DNA of 62,889 nt, counting the filler, from Welwitschia mirabilis (Eukaryota): NCBI GenBank assembly GCA_051453625.1. It is 4 parts of one record of this genome, joined end to end, with 100 filler letters (N's around TTAATTAATTAA, not from the genome) between each part and the next. Parts side by side here need not be neighbours in the genome. Positions count along the whole stretch, not along the records: positions 1 to 25,468 come from JBOZIK010000001.1; 3 more parts are not named here. The stretch is one strand, 5' to 3'. The translations under genes and the position numbers were made by a program. Positions 1-12,033 of this stretch are shown one piece after another (within the stretch, counting starts at the first letter, position 1; the number at the start of each line of letters is the position of its first letter). The notes beneath the pieces were generated by a model that worked only from the letters and a program-made list of their open reading frames with translations, ran no database searches and was not told the DNA's origin.

Positions 1-39
<39 letters not shown>

Positions 40-54
40 TGTGTGTGTGTGTGT
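1..54. repeat. (GT)n microsatellite
   Basis: Direct GT repeat with one GTCT interruption. Confidence 0.97.
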
Positions 55-1428
55 TGACCTACTAACAGATTAACTAACCTATTGACTAACTGGCATATTA
101 ATCTAAATGCTAAATAGAAGTATCAAATATCATCTAAGATATTTAATTATAAGAATAAAAATGTTTTATTAATAAGAAAATTTACATTATTATCTTTACT
201 CATCAGCTCCCTTAAGCTTAAGATTTTGTTAGTCCCTTAACAAATATATACAAAAGAAATAGAAAGAGAGGCATATCATTTTTCTTTTTACCTTTTGAAA
301 ATAAAAGTATAATTTTCATTAGACTCTAATTCTTCTAATTTCTTGGGCAACTAGGCTGATTTTTTTCTATTCTAAGGTAGCTAAAATTTTCCTTTCTCCT
401 ATAAAATAGATCATTCAAATCTATAGTCTCTGTGTTTATTGGTTCTTTAGTTATTGCCTTTTTTTCCTTTACCTATTCTTCTTAAAGGATTCATTAGCTG
501 CTTTGGCTCTCCTCTCTTTATTTTAGAAGCTAAAGGAATTTTTGTTCTAGGACTTTGAGGCAAATGTTTTAGTTCTAAAGCTATCTCAACTTGGAATCCT
601 GATCCTAAGGTTTATCTTATCGGAACAATATACATCTCTAATGTATCCTTGTTTTCTAATTTCAAAAAGATATCTATAAAATTACCTCTTAGCATGGTCA
701 TAATTTTTAGAATTCTATCTCTAAATAAACATAGCTATTAAAAATCTTAAGGGGATGCTACAAAAACTTTCTTATCTATTTCACATTATTCTCTTATTTT
801 ATAAAATTTTGTTATAATATCATTTAGAAGATTTTTATATTCTATAATAGAGACTTAACTTCATTTCTATAAATATTTCTTAAGGATTTAACATCTTTTT
901 TACAATTATCAAAAATTTTTCTTAGCTTTGACCACCTCCTAGAAGTCTTCTATATAATACTTTCTAATTGTTCTTCAAATCTATCAATAAAATCATATCT
1001 CTTTTAAGGATAGTAATCAAGGATTCATGGAACTATCAATTCCTTATGCCTAAAACCAATTTGCTTACTCAACTGACCTCCATTAGGTAGAGTTAATATA
1101 GTAATCTCATATTTTCTCTTTTTAAATTTTGAAAAATAAGTTAGGTAGCTTTTAAGCATATTACTTTAATATCCTTCTTCAACTCTACATGAGATTCTTT
1201 TAAAGCATCTATAATACTTAACTTTATTTTATTTTTAATTTTAATAATTAGAGTTAAAGGGATTAAATGAATATTTTTTTATTAAGCTTACTAATCTGTT
1301 AATCTCCTCTTTTATTTTTAAAGTCACATGCTCAATGATTAAATCTTGATGAGTTGATCAGAAGAGCTTTTTTCTTCTCTCCTGTTCTTAAGGGCCTTAT
1401 TTTCTTCCACCATTTGATTCATGGCTTT

Positions 1429-2690
1429 TGTTGTGATACATATTTATGCAAACATTATGTTATTTATTAAATCTTATTAGTCACAAATATATATTGCAAA
1501 ACATACATACTAGTATAGATGAGAGTAAACCTAAATGTCATAATCTATCAAAAGCGCTAGGATCAAAGCTAAAGAATTAATTTTTGCAAAGAATTTTTTT
1601 ATGATTTATTAATAAAAATAAATAATATAAGAAAATTAAACACACTATGTATTGTAAATTAAGCATACTCTAAATGCAATATCTATCCAACTACCAAATC
1701 TCTATCATTAAGATTAGTGTATAACCTAAATCAGTCAAGAAAACTATTACTAATTCTAACCAACCTAGGCTATTAAGTATGTCAAAGAGAATATGGAAAA
1801 TATGTATTGATTAAGTTAGGAAATGTAAAATATGATGCAATTCAAATCCTAAGCTAATGATTTCAACCTTGACAAATATTGTCCTTGATAAGCTATATCA
1901 ATTATAAAATAGTCACGAAATCATAACCGACATAAAGCACAAGGAACATGCATATGAATATAAAATTAAAAGAAGATTTTCATTAGAGCTCAAACCAACA
2001 TCCTATTATAAAAGGTATCACATCAATGAAGTATACATAGCCTAACACTAAGGAATACTCCTCTTTGTAACTAATAGATGAACCTTCTGCCCTTTGATTT
2101 TCTATCACAAGAATTTTCGATGCTAAAGAAGATGATCTAAATCAAGGGTAAAGGTGGTATTTATTTACAACAAAAGACTTAAAAATAGCAAATCTAATAG
2201 ATGCAACCAAAACCCTAATAGTGCATAGAAGGTGCATGATATATTACACTAATTTTGTAAAGTTTGGTGCATTGACTAAAATTAGATATCAACCTTCTAG
2301 TCATTTTCATGATGATGGATATGATGCCACATTAATATAGGTTCCATATCAGCTTTAATATTAGTTCAGTTAGCATCCTAATCAACATGAAATTGGTATG
2401 CTTTAGGTGATTATCCATATGATGGAGGGAATGATGGTCTTTTTAAGATTCTTCAATTAGTTGAATTTGGTCTTATAGATCATTAATTCGCCTTATAGAT
2501 CATTAATTCCTCCTCAGAATGTGAAGTATCAAAATTCATTCAAAATGCCTATAAATGTGCTAGTAATTGTGCATTTCCATGATTTACTCATTGAGTATTA
2601 ATACTCATCATTTTTTACTTAAAATTATCCAAATGTTTTGTAAAAGTACTAAAAATACCTGTAAAAAACATATAATTTGGCATTACAACA
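1429..2690 (-). repeat. 3' LTR of element 1429-11135
   Basis: Plus strand begins TGTTGTGATACATATTTATGCA and ends GGCATTACAACA. Colinear by eye with 9881-11135. Confidence 0.88.
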
Positions 2691-2706
2691 TAGCCCTTCC
2701 ACTTAG
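2691..2706 (-). promoter_or_regulatory. Polypurine tract (PPT)
   Basis: Reverse complement reads CTAAGTGGAAGGGCTA abutting the LTR. The same motif occurs at 15331-15346, 17936-17952 and 45746-45763. Confidence 0.75.
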
Positions 2707-5700
2707 CCTTGTCAGTCTTGACAAAGTTAGTGAACAACTATAATTACGAGTTAAATTGACTCAAATAAATACTAACTAGGGAATTTTAAATTAAGTTCAA
2801 AAATTTCATTATGTAGGATTAAATATAAGAATCAAATAAACCTAATTGTTTTACCTAATAGATAATGTGATCATGGTCTCATCCTATATGTTATTCAAAG
2901 GATTATGATGACAACAAGCATTTAAAAATCAGACTATAAAATCAAATGCCTGCAACTATAGAAAACAAAATCAATATACTTACAATAAGTTAGTTTCCAA
3001 CTTAAAATTTTATCACATAAAAAAATAGAGATTAAATGTGATAACAAAAGAATTTTCATAAGATCTAACAATAATAACTTACAAAAATGATGTGTATATA
3101 TAATTAAAAAGAGTGATGACTCAAAAAAGGTATTCCTAAATCAGCCATTTGAGTTTCTAAGAATAATTTATAGGAGAAAATATATAAAAAATAATAAATT
3201 ATAACATTATTTGCTTCATTCATTTTCTCTTNNNNNNNNNNNNNNNNNNNNNNNNNNNNNNNNNNNNNNNNNNNNNNNNNNNNNNNNNNNNNNNNNNNNN
3301 NNNNNNNNNNNNNNNNNNNNNNNNNNNNNNNTAAAAAATAATAAATTATAACATTATTTGCTTCATTCATTTTCTCTTGAATTGTTTGAATTTCCTTATA
3401 GGAAAAACATACTGTAAGTATTCTACTATTAAGTACATGGTTTTTACTAGACAATATCCATAATGCATATCACTCACATAATAGGTAATTAAAATTAGAC
3501 AAGTACATTATAGATATGTATTATGAAAATTAAACATGAATCTTTTAAAAATTTTATTCAAAATATCTCAAAATATATGTCTTTCCATCCCAAAAATGAA
3601 TTAATACATCCCATACTGTATTAAAATAAGACAAAAAAATCAATATGAAAGTTAAGTTCAAGTAAGCAAAACAGATAGGACTAAAAGCAGTGTTCTATGC
3701 ATGAAAGAAGATCAAAAATAGTTGAAAAAAATGAAATAGTAAGATTAATAATTCTTAGAGAATATTAGTACATTGTCTACCTGGTCATCTAAATGATAGA
3801 ATGGATGACAGGGATTTCAAAAATATTAGAAAAAGTAAAATGTCAATAGAATAAGTTAGGCTCAGATAGCATTAAGGAGGCTTTAAAAAGTTATGAGAAA
3901 TTCTAAGAAATGGGAAATGACTAAGAATCATGATAAATAAAGCATGATAAAGGAGGTGAATTTATAATGCACCAAGTAAAGGAAGATTATGAAATGTGTC
4001 ATGCACTTATAATTATTCAAATATAGGATGCGTCAAAACTCAAAAAGAAAATTAAAGAAATAAGCTCAAAAAGATATCAAAAGAATAGATAATAAAAATT
4101 AGCATCATAAACTAAAAGAACATTATTTACTACAGAAAATCAACTCTTATAAAGAATAACTACAAATGAAAATAAAAATCAATAAGAAAACTACTACATG
4201 ATCAAGTCTAAAGCATTTGTAATTAAAAAGTATAAAATGACTTTAAGATACCAAAGAAAATTGATAAGGAAAATAAAATGAAAATGAACAACTAGAAACA
4301 TGATGAAGATTATGTACCTACCCTAAATTCAAACCTAATAAATCCTCATAGAAGAAATCATAAAATTACCTGATTAATGATGCATGACATAATACAAAAA
4401 CTTTATAAAGTATCACTAAAAAATGTAGTGATTATGATGATGCTAAGTAACTAATGTTTTTAAATAGTGAATGATAAGATTAAAAGCTATTCAAAAATGA
4501 ACTCACCTACTCATGTCCTAAAACACACCCAAATCCTTAAAGTGAAATGATCATTTGAGAATACTATAAGCTCAATGAGTTTAGGAAATAAGCAATGCCT
4601 TTAATAACACTGAGAGCATCATTNNNNNNNNNNNNNNNNNNNNNNNNNNNNNNNNNNNNNNNNNNNNNNNNNNNNNNNNNNNNNNNNNNNNNNNNNNNNN
4701 NNNNNNNNNNNNNNNNNNNNNNNAGCAATGCCTTTAATAACACTGAGAACATCATTAATCCTATAACCTTGAAGTATTTATTATTATTCTATAATGAGGA
4801 GAGTGCAACCACAGTCAAAAAAGTAGGAACCATTGAAGCATATCTAACTAATTACCCAGTGGAGTTTTTACAACTACCAACACTATCACATGTCCCTTTC
4901 TAAAAACTTTACCCTAGTGCAGTAGGACATCATGGTGCATGTATTTAGCACAAATATAATAGATCATGATAATACTTTTTTAAAATAAATCCCACATAAC
5001 CATACACTCTGAAAGATAAAGGTAAAGAAATGAGAAGAGAAATTAGAAAGAACACATCCAAAAAACTAAAACCTCATACCATTAAGAGAAAGCATAAAAA
5101 ATAAATCATCTTCCTTTAAAATTAAGTTCATAAATATTTAGATGTCTTAAAACTGAGTGAATTTGATCTTATTACTTTTAAATTCCCAAGTAAAAATTAC
5201 TAGTTATGGTAATTTCATAAAGTAAAACATAAGTTGAGTTAAAAATGTTTAAGTAATAGCATGATATTCACTAAAAAAATNNNNNNNNNNNNNNNNNNNN
5301 NNNNNNNNNNNNNNNNNNNNNNNNNNNNNNNNNNNNNNNNNNNNNNNNNNNNNNNNNNNNNNNNNNNNNNNNNNNNNNNNNNNNNNNNNNNNNNNNNNNN
5401 NNNNNNNNNNNNNNNNNNNNNNNNNNNNNNNNNNNNNNNNNNNNNNNNNNNNNNNNNNNNNNNNNNNNNNNNNNNNNNNNNNNNNNNNNNNNNNNNNNNN
5501 NNNNNNNNNNNNNNNNNNNNNNNNNNNNNNNNNNNNNNNNNNNNNNNNNNNNNNNNNNNNNNNNNNNNNNNNNNNNNNNNNNNNNNNNNNNNNNNNNNNN
5601 NNNNNNNNNNNNNNNNNNNNNNNNNNNNNNNNNNNNNNNNNNNNNNNNNNNNNNNNNNNNNNNNNNNNNNNNNNNNNNNNNNNNNNNNNNNNNNNNNNNN

Positions 5701-6899
5701 NNNNNNNNNNNNNNNNNNNNNNNNNNNNNNNNNNNNNNNNNNNNNNNNNNNNNNNNNNNNNNNNNNNNNNNNNNNNNNNNNNNNNNNNNATGGATGTTTA
5801 ATCCTTATTCATTTTTTTGAATTTTTCTAGTGTTTAAATTAGAAATCCTGACTAATTCCTTAAAAATGTAATTTCTATAAAAGATAAGGGCCTAATCATC
5901 TAGAGGTTAACTTGCTTAAAATAAGAAGCAAAGACAAAAACATAACAACAAAAAATCAAAATAAAATAATAAAGCAAACTGAAAATAAGTTATGTTTAGA
6001 TCCTAAATTCTATTCAACACTTTATTTGCAAAAAAGAAAAAGAAAAAGAAAGAAGAATTTATTCAAGTCCTAGGGTATTATATTTTATCAAAAAAATAAG
6101 AACCAAACCAAATATAAACCAATTAATAAATCATAAATATATACATGCACAACAAGATAACATTTTGACTCCATAAAATTTATTTTCAATATGAGAAATA
6201 AAGAGTTTAAATAATTCATAGAAGAATAATCTCTTATCAAATGTATGATATGAAGAATTCCAAATATATATTTTATTTAAAGATTAATATTTGAGAATGA
6301 AAAATATTATTAGGAAGCAAAGAGTTTGGAGAAAGCTTCTTAGGATGAATGATGAAGGTAGGTTTAATATGCTTTAGAAGTTCTCTATGTCTCATCTCTA
6401 AGTATGGATTATTAAAAGGACAAGATGTTCTATAATTTAGAAGTCCACAAGATGTTCTATAATTTAGAAGTCCAAGACATCCCAAGTCATACTTTTGAAA
6501 AGAATTATCATTAAAGGAATAACCTAAAGTAAACTTGGTAGAAAAGAGGAGTTTTCTTTGAATCTTGTTAAGAGAATGAGATGGAGAAACATGGGAAGCT
6601 TTTTTCAATTAGATTACTATATTGGAAAAGGATAGGTCTATTTTTCATCAAGTTTGATTGATATTCTATAGGTTCTTTATTATTCCTCTTCTCCTCATTA
6701 TTATCTTTGTTCTTTCTGTGTTGAATACTTTCTATACTTTTCTTATCAGTAATTGTATCTTTTCTTTTTTCATTATTCTTTTTTTTGGTTGATTTTTTAT
6801 TTTTTTGATAATCATTTGGAACTATCATCTAGATGATTATAGTGGACAAGGGTATTTATAAGAGAATTTTTCAATTAAATTCACATGTCTAACTTCTTT

Positions 6900-9400
6900 C
6901 TTGTTAATAGATTTTACTTCTTCATCCTCGTGATCAAAACTATTTATTTCTATTGGTTTATTATGCAAAGTTAATTCTTCTAGAATTTTTATTATCTCTT
7001 CAACTAGGTAATGTTATATAAATAACTTTGATTTAAATATTTTTTTCTTATGTTTCCTCATCACCCATATCTTCTCCATAGTATTAAAAACTCTAATAGT
7101 ATACTTCTTATTACCTAGGTAACATTCCATTAATCTAGTTCGTGTGTCTATGATGTAAAGGACCATTGCATAAAAGGTTCTTTCTAAAGGTAGTGGATAA
7201 CTTCCATCATGTTGTACTTTAATTATAACTATATCTATGGGGTAAAAGGTTTCTTCTATTTGGATAACTAAGTTTTTAATAATTTCTATAGGTTTTTTTG
7301 ATTAATATATTAGCTAATTCTAGGGTGATTTATGTAGGTTTATTTTTTTTCTTCTAACCCAAGTCTTTTACATACATGAAGAAGCATGATGTTTATACTT
7401 CCTCTTATGTTAATTAAAGATTTTCTGATCTTCTTATTTCTTTCTAAAGTAACACTTATTATTACAATCCCAAATTCTTTAAATTTAGGTGCTTTTTGTA
7501 TGACTAAGTTGGAAATAAATTATGCAAGAAGGACTCTATTAAGGATAGTATGTTTTTATTTTCTTTTAGGTAGGTCTTCTAACAATTTAGCATACTTAGG
7601 ATTTTCTTGTAAGAGATTTTGAAAGGATAATCTGATATTAACATCTTGAATTAAGGCTTTTAAGTACTCATCAAAAGTAGGATTTATATATAGTTTATTA
7701 AGCTAAAGAGTAGCTTGTCTTTTTCTTTTGTTTTTTTGTGAAGGCTTATCTAAAGTTGAAGGAAAATTATATGTTTTTAGTATTTCTATATCATCCTCTT
7801 TCTCACCTTATTCATCATTTTTTGAAGTTTAAGTCTTATGGATAGGTGGTGTGGTATCAACTATTTTACAATCTGTTTTTACTTTATTTGGATTTGAAAA
7901 AGTTTGATTTGTAAGAGATCCTTGTGATCTTTGAATGGCTAACATTATTTTTTGAAGTATACTAACTAAATTTTTCATGGTTGTATTAGCCTTTTCTTAT
8001 GTTTTTCTTAACTTTTATATTGTTTTTATAATTAGATCATTTTAATTTTGATTTGAGTTTGAGGAGTTTTGTTGAAAGTTATTTGGTTAAAATTTAAATT
8101 ATTGAATCTTTTTTTCAAAGGTTTTTAATTATTGTACCCATTCATTCTTTGTTCATTGCATTTGATTTTAAAAATTTAATGGCCTTTGGTTAAATGCAGA
8201 TACTTCTTTAAGTATTTTTATTTACATTTTGTTAATAAGAAACATTATTTTCTTACATGAGAGTTATCTTCACATATATCACATGTTGATGTTACATTCT
8301 TTTCAACTGTTACTGTTGCATCTAGAATCATTTGAATGTATTTTTCTAAAGAAGTAGTAAAATCCTTAATTACATTTATTGGATTATTTTGAACTTACTC
8401 TTTATTATATTTTACTTCTTTTAAGTTATTTATCATTTAACCTCTAATTCAATTTTCTTTAAAGGTTGATTTAGGCCAAGTTTAAATAATTTCAACAAGA
8501 TCTTCCAACAACATTCATGCATTATCTAAATTTGGGCTCATTAAGTTTCCATCACACAAAAAATATACAAATTGTTTTATTTCTCTATTTAATCCACTGT
8601 AAAAATAATCTATTAATTATTCTTTAAGAAATTTGTTAATAGGATTGGAATGAGTACCTATAATAAATCATTCATATGTTGTGGCATAATCCTTATTAGG
8701 TCATTGTTAAAAGTTTGTGACTTTTTTTCTTCTTTTTCTCATTGTAATCTTATTCATGAATCTTTTGATAAAATATTATTATACTTTACTCAACATTTTA
8801 AGAATTTTATAAGATATGGTTTTAAGTTAAATTTTCATTCTATGCCTAAGTATAATAGAAAAGATAATCATGTAATACTTATTACTAATTCATTTTTTTC
8901 CATTCTCTAAAGTAAGCATTCATTGTTCTATGTCAGTGAGATGTTGAAAAGGATCTTCATTAGGTTTTTTTCAAAAATGTTAGATAGGCATTTAAGTTTT
9001 TTAATTCTACATAATCACCAAGAGTAAGTCAAAAGGGTTTTTTATTTTCTATTTTTCATTGGCAATTAAATTCTTAAGTAAAACATTTGGATTTGCATCA
9101 GATGTATTTGCATTAGAAGTTTCTATTATGATTGGAGTATTAGATGATGCTAATTATTTTTACTTTTCCATTAAATTAGACATAGATGATAAAAATTGGT
9201 TTACTTCTACACTATTGCTTTCTTTTGAAAAATTAAATTTTAAAACAATGAAAGCTGTAAATTTTTTCAATTTAACTCTTGGAATTGTTTGCATGCCTAA
9301 GTTTTGTATACCTAGGTTAAGTTTGATGTTGATAAATCCTTCTCTGATATTTTTCTTGATTAGGTTTTCCTCCCTTTAATACTTTATCTTTTTACTCGAG
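6900..9400 (-). pseudogene. Degenerate Athila-like gag and aspartic protease
   Basis: Reverse complement matches the gag segments (EDPFQHLTDIEQ, DYFYSGL) and protease-region segments (PKFKELG, LIDIRGSINI, YPLPLERTF) seen at 20170-22720 and 34061-34462. Many stops and frameshifts. Confidence 0.8.
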
Positions 9401-9857
9401 AGTACCTTATTCCTACATATTTAATGATGTATCTATAATTATCATATCTGTCATTATCTAGATGATGATCTAGATGACTACTTCACAAAATAAAAAATAC
9501 AAAATAAAACATAGAGAAAAATAGAAATAAAGTAATAGCAAAAATTTATATTCATCCACCTTTATCATCTAGATGACAAAGGATATTATATCACTTTATT
9601 TGATAGTGGAAAATCAAAAATAAAAATTTCAAAAAAAATTTAGAAATATCCTAACACTAGGTCATCATTTGTCTATGTTGTCTAGATAACACAGAGGATG
9701 AAAGGGCATTATTTATAAAATGAAAAATAATCAAAAAACTATAAAAAGTAAAAACTATATTATTTATAGTAAAAATACAACACTACCATAAATAAATACC
9801 TAAATCAAAATTTAAAGTACTTATCTAGGTAATGACAATTCTCAAACTCCTTGTGGC

Positions 9858-9880
9858 CTTCCCCAACAATGGTTTCAAGA
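9858..9880 (-). promoter_or_regulatory. Degenerate primer-binding site (Athila type)
   Basis: Reverse complement TCTTGAAACCATTGTTGGGGAAG is compatible with TTTTGGCGCCGTTGCCGGGGA after mostly C>T/G>A changes, and lies directly after the 5' LTR. Confidence 0.65.
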
Positions 9881-11135
9881 CATTGTAGTGCATATTTGTG
9901 CAAACATTATGTCTTTTATGAAATCCTACTAATCACAAATATATTGCAAAACATATATATTATATAGACGAGAGTGAATCCAAATATTGTAATCCATTGA
10001 AGACAGTAGGCTTAGAGCTAGAAAATTAATTTTCATAAACTATTTTTATATTTTTCTTTTTATAGTTCACTAATGAAAATAGATAATACAAGAAAAGTAA
10101 ACAAACTATGCAATGCAAATGAAATCTACTCTAAATGCAATATCTATCTAACTATCAAATCTCTATCATCAAGATTGGCCTTGTATAATCTAGATTAATC
10201 AAGTAATTTATTACTAAGCTTGCCCAACCTAGGCTATTAAGTACATCGAATAGAATATGAAAAATATGCAATGATTAAGATAGGAAATGTAAAATGTGAT
10301 GTACTACAAATTCTAAACTAATGATTTCAATATTAACAAAGTTTATCCTTGATGACCTATATTAATTATAAAACTGTCATGAAATTATAACTAACATAAA
10401 CCATAAAGGACAAGTACATGAGTATAAAACTAAAATAAGATTTTCATTATAAGTCTAATCAACATTCTATTACCAAGTAGTAGCACATTAATGAAGGAAA
10501 CATAGTCCAACACCAAGGAAAAATCCCTTCTACAACTAATGGATTGACCTTCTACCCTTCAATATCCTATCACGAGAATTTTTTATGCTAAAAAAGATGA
10601 TTGAAGTTGAGGGTAAAGGTGATATTTATTTATAATAGTAGATTTAAACATAGTAGATCTAACAGATGCAACTAAAATCCTACTAGCCCATAGTAGACAT
10701 GTGACACATTACACAAGTTTGATGAAGTTTGGTGCATTGAATAAAATTAGGTATCATTCTTTTGATAATTCAGGCAATGGTGGAGATGATGTAATATTAA
10801 TAAAGGTTTGATGCTAGCTTTATGTCAACCTAGTCAGCATCCTAATCAACATGAAAATCATGTCCTTTAGGTGGTCATTCAGATGATGGATGGAATGATG
10901 CTCTTTTTAAGATTTTTAAATTAGTTGAATTTAGACTTATAAATCATTAGTTCCTCCTCAGAATATGCAATATTAGAGTTTATTAAAAATACCTGTAAAC
11001 TTTTTAGTAATTATGCATTTTTGTGATTTTCTCCTTAACTCTCAATAATCATTATTTTTCACTTAAACCTATCTAAATGACTTGCAAAAGTACTCAAAAT
11101 ACCCCATCAAAAACATACAATTTGGCATTATAATA
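9881..11135 (-). repeat. 5' LTR of element 1429-11135
   Basis: Colinear with 1429-2690; plus strand ends GGCATTATAATA. Confidence 0.88.
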
Positions 11136-11733
11136 GCTCTCTTATTAGCTTCTAAAATAGAGTGATAGTAACTAAGTAAATTTTGGACTTCAAGCCATTT
11201 TAATTTATATTCTTGGGCTTCTTCTTAAATCTTTATATAATTTTCATTCATCTCTTTTAGGTTTGCATAGATTTTATTTGAGTATTTCCCACTTAAGGAT
11301 AAAGACCATCCATTATGCATAAATATAATAAATGTTTACTAATGCTCTATATATTTAAAATCATATTTCTTAGTTGAATCAAGATTCTATAATAAAGATT
11401 CTAACATTTATGATCTTTATTTTGGAAAAGTATCTAATTCTTTCTTATCTTCGGTAGTGGTCTTCAATTCAATAATCTGTTTATAAGCTCTCTGTAATTT
11501 TCTAATCATATACTTATAGACTTTAGAGAGATAAATATTTTCTTTCTTTTTTATTATTTCCTATTATAATTATTCAGTATTTTCTTTTTCTTAATCAAAC
11601 TTTTATTTTTAAAATTTATTCTCAATTTTAAATGACTCAATTGATTTGGAAAGTCTAATACTTCTTCTTTTTTGCAAAGATAGGTTTGAATTTCATCTTT
11701 AACTTAATTTAAAGCACAATAAATACTATCAAT

Positions 11734-11933
11734 TATTGCAGTGTAAGAAGTCCTTTTAGGTAAACCTATAAGTTAAATAACTTACAAAAAACACATGTTA
11801 GTATAGATGGAAGTTCACCCAACTTTCGTAATCCCAATGAAGGCACTAAGCTCAAAGTTAGAGAATTGATTTTCAAAGGTATTTTTAGTCTTTTATATTT
11901 TAATAATTAAAAGTAAATAATAAAGTAAATACA
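11734..11933 (-). repeat. Athila-family LTR 3'-end fragment running into a gap
   Basis: Matches 16305-16520 (GTAAAC..AAATAACTTA..CACATGTTA..TAGA..TAATCC..AAGGCACTA). Confidence 0.75.
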
Positions 11934-12033
11934 NNNNNNNNNNNNNNNNNNNNNNNNNNNNNNNNNNNNNNNNNNNNNNNNNNNNNNNNNNNNNNNNNNN
12001 NNNNNNNNNNNNNNNNNNNNNNNNNNNNNNNNN

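Larger units (their letters stand above)
1429..11135 (-). mobile_element. Full-length Athila-like Ty3/gypsy LTR retrotransposon, non-autonomous (gag + protease only)
   Basis: Two similar ~1.26 kb LTRs (1429-2690 and 9881-11135). PBS-like site next to 9881 and PPT next to 2690. Flanking 5-mers GCTTT (1424-1428) and GCTCT (11136-11140). Degenerate gag and protease inside. Confidence 0.85.

Noticed and set aside
3184..3378. Short duplications flanking 100-N gaps (also 4590-4757, 52081-52238, 57300-57660)
   Set aside because: Most likely unmerged contig or haplotype overlaps.
6421..6475. 27 bp tandem duplication giving GLLNYRTSC twice
   Set aside because: Local slippage in a decayed element.
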